Origin: Spongiibacteraceae bacterium
GTDB lineage: Bacteria > Pseudomonadota > Gammaproteobacteria > Pseudomonadales > CAMLJR01
Direction of reading: 5' to 3'
DNA length: 39,583 bases
Assembly: GCA_036502545.1 (NCBI GenBank)
Contig: DASXYH010000219.1
Coordinates: 1 to 39,583, forward strand
Every line of letters begins with the position of its first letter. Positions within the stretch are counted from its first letter, which is position 1. Shown in pieces: positions 28,216-35,594 of the stretch. The translations under genes were made by a program, and so were the position numbers. The notes beneath the pieces are model-generated. The model searched no databases, was not told the origin of the DNA, and worked only from the letters and a program-made list of their open reading frames with translations.

Positions 28216-28675
28216 ATTAAATCAACAAGTTACATATTTTTTTGTTCATCGAAATACCCCGATATTGAACTGGTGGTCCACCAGTGAGGCAAATCTCGCT
28301 GATTTCCACTTCCCTTTATCCCCTTAGTTCGCTGCATTACGTTTCCGTTTGTTGCCGGGGATTCGCGCCTCTGATCTTTTGCTTGGGCCTTGCGTAAACT
28401 CTATTGCCCAGATAGCCCCAACATGTATTCGCCATATTTGGGTGATTGTCTCTGCCGTTTTTTCTTCGCTCGATTTTCCAATTTCCCCCTTTGCAAGAAA
28501 TCGTTATGGCCCAGTATTACTATGCGTTTTTTGTCTAATTGGAGGCAATTGATATTGCGATGGGCGGAGATGTATAAAGGTTATTATTTGGTCAGAAGAG
28601 TAATTTTGAGATACCGAAGTGAAACGATGATTCTAGTTTTCTCAGAGGGGTGGTGATTGGTGGAGTGGGACGCAA

Positions 28676-29338
28676 ATGGACGCGGAGAATGTGAAATTTT
28701 GGTTGAAACTTGAAAAATGGTACGACACAGAAGCGGCATTGATTCTGATCGACGTGGATCCCCGACTTCATGCCAACGGAATGAAACCTTCCAAAAAAAT
28801 TGTGCGGGAAAAGTTTCCAACGGCAGCAGAATTATTGCTGATATTTGAGCGCAGCGATTTGCTGCCGCGCTACCCGGAAAAACAAAGCACCTGGCGATTT
28901 TTGGCGGCAGCTTACCGCGCAGAATGCTTAACAAAACCGCTGCTTTTACAGCACTTCGAAGCGTGGATGGTGGGAAATCACTTAGCGCAGGGCGAGCGAT
29001 TTAACGAGCGGACCGGGCTCGCTGTTCATGCCCAAAAAATCCTGCATAAATACCCCGCGATTGTCGAACAGTTTAGCGCGACTCGTGGCCTGCATAAATT
29101 ATCGTACGAAAATGACAATCTTAAAAAAACCATCGGCCTTTTGTTGTCCGCTTTTTTGCAGCAGCGACAATCCCATTTGTTAGGTACCATCGAACATCCC
29201 AATGTCAGCCAGATTGTAAAAGCGTTGCAGGCGCATTCGGCGGCGGTGAATCTTGATTCTGAGGGGTTGGGTAAAACATCACTGACGGAAAAAATCACAG
29301 CCGCGATCAAATATTTTCGCGAATCCAAAATGGAATAG
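28676..29338 (+). CDS. hypothetical protein (island cargo, no recognisable domain)
   Basis: 220-aa ORF with balanced composition. GGTGGAG lies about 9 nt upstream of the ATG. I recognise no family. Confidence 0.45.
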   Translation: MDAENVKFWLKLEKWYDTEAALILIDVDPRLHANGMKPSKKIVREKFPTAAELLLIFERSDLLPRYPEKQSTWRFLAAAYRAECLTKPLLLQHFEAWMVGNHLAQGERFNERTGLAVHAQKILHKYPAIVEQFSATRGLHKLSYENDNLKKTIGLLLSAFLQQRQSHLLGTIEHPNVSQIVKALQAHSAAVNLDSEGLGKTSLTEKITAAIKYFRESKME

Positions 29339-29586
29339 GGCGGTTGTTTATCGGTGTCGGCGTTTTCGTATTCCACAGTCACCGGTGGCGTAAAACTGCC
29401 AACAGATTCCGATTCAAAACTGCCGGCGACTTCAGTTAAAAGCAGCCACTCATCAAATTCAGCGACCTGCGGCTCTTCGGCCAAAGCCGCCGTCGGCCTA
29501 ACCATGAACTTTTGAAAACTCAATGTCTATTGTTGAGTTTCTGCATAACATCCGCGCCGTGCCGAAGTAGGGATTGATCCGACAAA

Positions 29587-31686
29587 CTAAAATCCCGCTT
29601 CACGCCAAATTAATGCAACTGCTGATCTGAAAAATCGGCTGCTGAGCGGCGACCAGCTCGCATCGATAGTCACGTTACCGCGCCAAATATAAGTATCCAG
29701 AAAATTATTTTCTTCGATTGGCTGCAGCGTGACACGGTATAACGCTTGCTCGGGATACAGCACGCCTGATTTTTCGCGCACAACGATATCGCCGCCGAAA
29801 CGATTAGAGAGTGCGGGTTCGGCCAGCGTGCGGCTCGCATCGGCATCGATACGAATCACACGCAATGTAATGGTTGGCGTTCCGGCATTATTGCCGTAGA
29901 AATGCGCGTGCGCTCCGGGCTGCAAATCCTTCGCGGCTTGTTCGTCGATATAAGCGATGACTTGGTGATTGCCTGGTGCAACCAGTGTCGCTAAGCGCTC
30001 TTTCGCGGTCACCCATTGGCCGGCGCTGAGTTCGGGTTCGATATCGCGGAGCACGCCGTTAAAAGGAGCTTTCGGTGTAAACCGCTCGCTCTGCGCCGTG
30101 ATGCTTTGAATTTCGGCAAGTGCAGCCGAGTTTTCCATTTGCAGCGATTGCCAATGCGCGCGCTGCTCGCTGTCAAAAGTACCGGCTTCTGCCAGCCACT
30201 GCGTTTGTTTTGCACGCGCTGCCAATTGTTGTGTGCGCATCTGCAATTTGGGTGAAGACATCTGTAAAATAATTTTCCCGGCATTGATGGTGTCGCCATT
30301 ACGGAAATTTATTTTCTCTATTTGCGCGCCTTCAGGAGCGTAAACAACCCAGTATTGTTGGGGTTGTAACAGTGCGGAAGCGTGAATTCGAGTTGGCAGA
30401 GGTACTGCAAACAGCAATAACACCGCAGCTAAAATCGCACCGGAAATAATACTGCGGCGACGCAATCGAATGACGCTCCATTTTTTGTGCCATACGATAA
30501 TTTCGCGCACAATCGGCAACGTAACAAATACACCGATTTCCACCGCAAATAAAACTATTCCCACCGCTTTGATAAAAAAATGATAAACCAGCGCGGCGAT
30601 GCCGAGAAATAACACGAGCCGGTAAATCCATATACCCCACGCAAACAAGATCAGCCAATGCTGTCGGCGCGGCGGAAAATACTCGGGCGGTTCTTCGCGC
30701 AAATCGAACAGCAGCTCGCGCAATTTCCAGCGTGCGAGCGCAAATGCGCGCGCGTGCAGATTCGGTATTTCGAGCCAGTCGGATAGCAAGAAATAACCAT
30801 CGAAGCGCATGAACGGACTGGCGTTGACCAGAATCGTGCTGATCCATGTCGTTGTAGCTAACAAAAATGCTGTAGCGCGCGGCAAACCTTCGGGTAGCCA
30901 TGCCCAAAAAAATAGTGCCCATGCGGCGATGGTGAGTTCGGTGATTACGCCGGCCGCCGCCACGGCGAGGCGCTCGCGTTTCCGGCGCAGCCGCCACACA
31001 TCGTTGGTGTCGGTGTACGCGACCGGCCACATCACGAGAAACGCAATACCCATGGTCGGCACACGACAACCATAACGTTTCGCGGTAATTGCGTGGCCGA
31101 GTTCGTGCGCGAATTTCACCGCGATCAGCGCAATGCCGTAACCGAGCAATCCTTGCAGACTGATGGTGTCGACCAGTGTCGCCGTAAAGCGATCCCAATC
31201 GCGCGCGATTTCAATAACGCCGACGATAAACGCGAAGAGCGTGAGCCAGCGAAATGTCGGTGTGAATAATGCGGCAAATAAAGGTGAGAATTTCGACAAC
31301 CACGCATCCGGTCGCCACAGCGGAATGCGAAAAAATAAATAGTTGTGCAACAACCAGGTGAGCTTCGAGCCGCGCTTGCGTGCCAGCCGTTCGGCCAAGC
31401 GCGAAGAGCTGCCGATAGCGGGTTGCAACAATTCGTTATCGGCAAAAAATTGCGCTACGTTGAGAACCGCTTGCGCATCGATATTAAGCGTTGTGTTTTC
31501 GCAGACTGCAGCAACGATTAATTCGGGCTCGCCTTTATCCCAATGCGAAAGAATTTCAAACGACGGCCAATCGATTTGAAAATACAAATTGCGCACGGGA
31601 TCGTGCAGTGTGTGTGTGGGCTGACCGTCGGCCAATGGCGGGCCTTCGAGCAGCGATAATTCCTGGCGCAGCGGTGGCAGTGCCAT
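29587..31686 (-). CDS. site-2 protease (peptidase M50) fused to a HlyD-like periplasmic adaptor domain
   Basis: 699 aa. The M50 zinc motif is FAHELGHAITAKRYG and the second motif is NASPFMRFDGYFLL, within multiple TM helices. The C-terminal half has a coiled-coil and barrel pattern (GDTINAGKIILQMSSPKLQ...APFNGVLRDIEPELSAGQWVTAKERLATLV) like HlyD/MFP adaptors. Confidence 0.7.
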   Translation of the reverse strand: MALPPLRQELSLLEGPPLADGQPTHTLHDPVRNLYFQIDWPSFEILSHWDKGEPELIVAAVCENTTLNIDAQAVLNVAQFFADNELLQPAIGSSSRLAERLARKRGSKLTWLLHNYLFFRIPLWRPDAWLSKFSPLFAALFTPTFRWLTLFAFIVGVIEIARDWDRFTATLVDTISLQGLLGYGIALIAVKFAHELGHAITAKRYGCRVPTMGIAFLVMWPVAYTDTNDVWRLRRKRERLAVAAAGVITELTIAAWALFFWAWLPEGLPRATAFLLATTTWISTILVNASPFMRFDGYFLLSDWLEIPNLHARAFALARWKLRELLFDLREEPPEYFPPRRQHWLILFAWGIWIYRLVLFLGIAALVYHFFIKAVGIVLFAVEIGVFVTLPIVREIIVWHKKWSVIRLRRRSIISGAILAAVLLLFAVPLPTRIHASALLQPQQYWVVYAPEGAQIEKINFRNGDTINAGKIILQMSSPKLQMRTQQLAARAKQTQWLAEAGTFDSEQRAHWQSLQMENSAALAEIQSITAQSERFTPKAPFNGVLRDIEPELSAGQWVTAKERLATLVAPGNHQVIAYIDEQAAKDLQPGAHAHFYGNNAGTPTITLRVIRIDADASRTLAEPALSNRFGGDIVVREKSGVLYPEQALYRVTLQPIEENNFLDTYIWRGNVTIDASWSPLSSRFFRSAVALIWREAGF

Positions 31687-31704
31687 CTCAGCCTCTCGTT
31701 TCCT

Positions 31705-32172
31705 TCATACACCAAGATACTGGCGCACAACCGCCAATGGGCGTCGCACCATCCAATAAATCAACGGTACGCGCGCGGCATAAAAAAGCTGTTCGACGAG
31801 GGAGTGGTCGCGAGTGATTTGCCTGATGCCGTGATCAGGTCGCCAGTGGTAGGCGCGGGAGTCGCCGACCCAAGCAATCTGAAATGAACGGGGCCCAGCA
31901 TGAGCGACAACAAGGGTCGAACCCATGCCACGGAGTTCTGACTGTGACTGAGAGCGTTCGATAATAGACTTGTGTGCTTCTAATGCGATGCCGACAAGAT
32001 CGGCACCACTCACATAAGTCCGGATAAAAGTGTCGACGACGATATGGCTCGCAACTTCACCGCCGGTATGTCCGCCCATACCATCAGCAATGACGGCCAA
32101 CCCGATTTCTTCATCGAAAAAAGTTGCATCTTCGTTGTGAGTTCGTTTATTTCCAGGGTGCGAGCCAGCCAT
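31705..32172 (-). pseudogene. PP2C-family Ser/Thr phosphatase, C-terminally truncated
   Basis: The N-terminal PP2C motifs are present: GNKRTHNEDA, VIADGMGGHTGGEVAS, GMGSTLVV and WVGDSRAY...ITRDHSLVEQL. The C-terminal metal-binding half (SDGL / DN.T motifs) is absent. The ORF ends 19 nt before the M50 gene start. Confidence 0.5.
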
Positions 32173-32330
32173 ATTTTTATTGATCCAGTGGCCATTGGTC
32201 CTCCCGGGCCCCGTGTGTAAAGGGCGGAGAGAAAGTATACCGCCATCGTGTACCAATGCCGTTAAGCTAGAGGGGTGCCCGGCGGGGGCGCTTTGGCTTC
32301 TCCGAGAGCTGTTTTTTGTGCGGTATTTTT

Positions 32331-32468
32331 TTATTCAGCTGTGTTGGTGAGAGATTCTGCAGTGGTAGTTTTTCGTTGCCGCTTTTTGCTTTGATTGAGC
32401 CGGTAACTGTCGCTGTTCATTTCCAAGACATGCACTTGATGCGTGAGTCGATCGAGCAGCGCGCTGAT
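32331..32468 (-). pseudogene. remnant of an IS21-family IstB-like ATPase (C-terminal about 45 codons)
   Basis: My translation gives ISALLDRLTHQVHVLEMNSDSYRLNQSKKRQRK...*. The segment LLDRLTH..HVLEMNG.SYRL is the characteristic IstB/DnaC-type C-terminus. An in-frame stop lies immediately upstream, and no start codon or N-terminal domain is present. Confidence 0.5.
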
Positions 32469-32534
32469 TTAAGCGCTCAGAAGCTGTCTAAACTTTTTAT
32501 CGCAGGGAATCGTGCCTGACGGATAACGACACTC

Positions 32535-32846
32535 CTATCGCGCACCAACAAGATCATCCTCACTTGCAACGTAACGCTTCACCTTGATCGACCGCGAATA
32601 CTTGCGCGCCTGCGCGAGATCAAAAGCCGTTTGCAGAGCAAGCCATCCTTCAGCCGTGCCGCCGAACGCTTTATCGAGGCGGATCGCCATTTCCGGTGAA
32701 ATGCCTGCCTTTTCATTCACAAGGTTGTTCAAGGCTTGGCGAGTCACGCCGAGGATTTCGGCCCCTTTCGTGACTGAAAGTCCCAAGGGCTCCAAGCAGT
32801 CAAAGCGTACCGAGGATCCAGGATGCGGCGGTTCTTTCATAGTCAT
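32535..32846 (-). CDS. higA: HigA-type antitoxin (XRE HTH)
   Basis: The sequence is MTMKEPPHPGSSVRFDCLEPLGLSVTKGAEILGVTRQALNNLVNEKAGISPEMAIRLDKAFGG. AGGAG lies 9 nt upstream of ATG 32846. The gene is immediately downstream of higB. Confidence 0.8.
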   Translation of the reverse strand: MTMKEPPHPGSSVRFDCLEPLGLSVTKGAEILGVTRQALNNLVNEKAGISPEMAIRLDKAFGGTAEGWLALQTAFDLAQARKYSRSIKVKRYVASEDDLVGAR

Positions 32847-32866
32847 TTCAATAGCTCCTGTGACGA

Positions 32867-33150
32867 TCAATGGTAATCGACCAAGTCAACGTCAAATACA
32901 TGGCCTCCTTCAAAGCGGAAGGTGATCCGCCAGTTGCCTGTCACCCAGACGGACCAGAAACCCTTAAGCTCTCCCTTGAGTGGATGCAGCTTCAAGCCCG
33001 GCAGGTTCATCACGTCTGGGCTGGTCGCGATATCGAGTCGCGCGATGATCCGTTCTATCTTAGGCATCATGTCTGCCGAGAGACCCTTGCGATCGGCCTT
33101 CTCGTGGAGTCGTTGAAGACCTTTGTGCCGGAAATTTTGGATCGATGCAT
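32867..33150 (-). pseudogene. higB: HigB-type toxin (RelE/ParE superfamily) with a disrupted 5' end
   Basis: The in-frame reading IQNFRHKGLQRLHEKADRKGLSADMMPKIERIIARLD...LKLHPLKGELKGFWSVWVTGNWRITFRFEGGHVFDVDLVDYH is a full HigB-like sequence. No ATG, GTG or TTG lies in frame upstream of 33070. The SD-preceded ATG at 33150-33148 is out of frame. Confidence 0.6.
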
Positions 33151-33194
33151 GCTCTCCCTCTCGATAGTTAGCGTATTATGACAAGTGACAGTTG

Positions 33195-34485
33195 TCAATG
33201 GTCTATCTGGCGATTATTCAGTAGTGCCACAGCAGCTGCCTTATGATTTGGCGACAAGTGCGCGTAACGCTGTGTCATCTCGATGCTTGAGTGTCCCAGC
33301 AACTCTTTTACGGTGTAAAGGTCAGCGCCACGCATGACGAGATTTGACGCGAAGGTGTGCCGAAGATCGTGGAATCGAAATGCGTTTATGTTTGCCGATT
33401 GGATGAGCGCGCGCCAAGCCGTATTGATATTGTCGAGTCGTTTACCCGTTACCGGCGATGGAAATACCAATTGTCCCGCGGTGACTTGGTTTTGTTTAGC
33501 CCAAGCGTTCGCTGTTGCAAAAGCAATGTCATTGAGCGGGACATGGCGTGTTCGATTATTTTTGGTTCCACGGCCACCGACGGCGGGAATCTCGCTACCA
33601 CGGACGGAAAGTATCCGGCGCTTTAGGTCGACATCATCCCAGCTCAAGTTGAATAACTCGCCGCGACGCAGCCCGGTATTGAGGGCGAGTATGACCATCG
33701 GCATTAAATAATCGGTATAGGTATTCTTGAAGGAATCGGGAGGCTCTAGATGACGCGCTGTGCACCATTCAATGTAACGCTGCCGCTCCGCACGCTGGTT
33801 GTTCTGGCGAGCCACCAGCGCGTCCATCAATTGGTTTTCTTCCTCAATCTCCAGGTAGCGGAAAATGCCGTTTTCATCCTCGGCTAATTTTTTAAATTTA
33901 GCGAGAGGATGACTGGCAATAATGTTCCACTCCAGCGCGCGATTGAGCATCGCTTTCAGGTAGGTAATCGGTCGATTAACGGTGGCGGGTTTGCGGTTTA
34001 TGTTGGATCTGCTCGTTGCGCCAACTGGTGATCAGCCGCGAGTCGAGACCCATGAGCGATTTGTCGGCCCAGGTATGGACGAATTTGGTTTCGAGCAACT
34101 GCGCTATTTGATCGCCGCTTTTCAGGTGAGCCAACAGGTACGGTTTGTACAGCTCGTCGAAAAATACTTTCAGTGTTTGCTGCCGCGCTTGTTCAGCGCG
34201 CGCCTTTTGCGCTTTCTTTTCGGCCTGCACATCGGTGCCGATTTTAACTTCAGCCGATTTGAGTTCGGCCAAATGCCGCGCTTGCACGGCAGTAATGACG
34301 CCATATTTACCCAGGGTGAACGCTTGTTTTTTGCCATCGGCATTGCGGTAGCGATAGGCAAAGCTCATGACCCCGCTGGGGCGCAGGATCAAACAAAAAC
34401 CCTTGACCTGCGAATCGTAGACTTCGACGATTTTATCGGCCGGGGAGAGGGCGGCGATGAGGCGGTCCGTGATCCGAGTACCCAT
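33195..34485 (-). pseudogene. P4-type tyrosine integrase, split by one frameshift
   Basis: The N-terminal ORF (33976-34485) carries the arm-binding DUF4102-like domain (VKGFCLILRPSGVMSFAYRYR). The C-terminal ORF (33195-33950) carries the catalytic residues (RRGELFNLSW, HDLRHTFAS, LGHSSIEMTQRYAHL). The C-terminal frame stays open upstream and reads RKPATVNRPITYLKAMLNRALEW. Confidence 0.8.
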
Positions 34486-34888
34486 AGTTTCCCTGTTAGA
34501 CGATTTCGCCAGTGGGCCACAGGTGGGGCAAATTTTCCAAACTCAGGCTAACATGGCGTGATCACGGAGACAACGAAAATTCAAATAATAATGATATAAT
34601 TCAGATGGTTGTAGCCCTACGAGGAAGGGCCTATGCCAGTCCAAAGCACGATACGCGGAATCCAAAGTGACCCATTCGCCAGCGGATCCTGCATGCCCGA
34701 ATGAATCAGTATCCAGGTGAGGAGACGAAACCCTGTATACCCGGCGAGGGTGAGCAGAGCGCCCCACTTCCAAATCAGTTTGTTCATATTGCTTCCGTAC
34801 CTGAATCTCATAACGCCTAAAGTAGGTAACGGGTTTTTCGAAATATCGGTTCTAGCTAAAAACATTTGGATATTGCAATATCTTGGAT

Positions 34889-35360
34889 TTAAGAAAGACA
34901 GGTGCCTTCAAGAAGCTCTAACGTCATGGCGCGTATTCGCTCTTGTTCGTCTTCGATTCGACTATGAGCTGTAGGCGAATACGTGCTATTTTTTATTTGA
35001 GTTTTATTAAAGTCATAATTAAGAGCTTTAGCCATTGCGTACAGAAGGTCGACAGAAGTTTGACTCTTCGAATATTCCATGCTGATCCTTCCATTCCCTT
35101 GGTCCCTGGGTGGTCAAGGTACTGTTGCCAAACATCTAGGACAGATTTTTCGAGAAGTTTTTTTGCTGAGAACTCTAGGTCGATGCTGTTGAGTGCTTCG
35201 ACGTGTTTAAGGGTATATGCGCGAGTTGCCATCAAGGTTTTAAACACATGCAATTTCACCCTCGTTCTTCATTGCGATCATCTAAAAATCTAGTGACTTG
35301 CACTGCTATTAAAGGGCTTATTGCTGTGGAGGCAATCATTAAGATATCAGTCGTATTCAT
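34889..35360 (-). pseudogene. unknown small membrane-anchored protein gene broken into three frames
   Basis: My translation gives three pieces. The first is MNTTDILMIASTAISPLIAVQVTRFLDDRNEERG* from ATG 35360. After a frame change it continues (V)KLHVFKTLMATRAYTLKHVEALNSIDLEFSAKKLLEKSVLDVWQQYLDH (ORF 34993-35259). After a second frame change it continues SQTSVDLLYAMAKALNYDFNKTQIKNSTYSPTAHSRIEDEQERIRAMTLELLEG (ORF 34889-35080). Confidence 0.5.
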
Positions 35361-35485
35361 TGCAGATCCTTTCTGGCGTGGTGCCTCGCGACAAATCTTG
35401 AAAGAAACGGAAATATATATTCGATACAACGATTTCTGGCATTTTAAATTATTTTATCTCTATTTAACTGTCGCTGTGTGGCACG

Positions 35486-35518
35486 TACGGCGCAATAAAT
35501 GGAAAGTATTGCGCCGTA
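35486..35518. other. perfect 12-bp stem-loop downstream of the MFS gene (possible terminator or REP-like element)
   Basis: tacggcgcaata (35486-35497) pairs with tattgcgccgta (35507-35518) around a 9-nt loop. No U-tract follows on either strand. A third partial copy, ggcgcaat, lies at about 35533. Confidence 0.3.
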
Positions 35519-35594
35519 TTGAGGCTAGCCGGCGCAATGCCCTTTGGCTATTCGCCCTACCAAATTACCTTTCGCGGCCCTGCCGGGCGAGCAT

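Noticed and set aside
28270-28284. 15-bp palindrome CTGGTGG-T-CCACCAG just 3' of tRNA-Pro
   Set aside because: It is a single short palindrome with no repeat partner and no U-tract. It could be a protein site or coincidence, so there is nothing further to support a call.
29026-29523. 165-aa minus-strand ORF downstream of M50-HlyD, with an acidic N-terminal 60 aa (possible peptide substrate)
   Set aside because: It has a TTG start and no SD. Two thirds of it overlaps the convergent 220-aa ORF with Cys-rich shadow-frame composition. Only the first roughly 60 codons are free-standing, so there is not enough evidence to call a gene.
34684-34700. Possible attR: ggatcctgcatgcccga compared with the tRNA-Pro 3' segment aatcctgccgtcccga
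   Set aside because: Only 12/16 positions match, with three central mismatches, and the similarity does not continue into the CCA-proximal bases. That is too weak to define an island boundary.
34617-34865. Small ORF encoding a possible 56-aa membrane peptide (MNKLIWKWGALLTLAGYTGF... from ATG 34787)
   Set aside because: It has one hydrophobic stretch, a weak SD and no recognisable family. I cannot support it from sequence alone.
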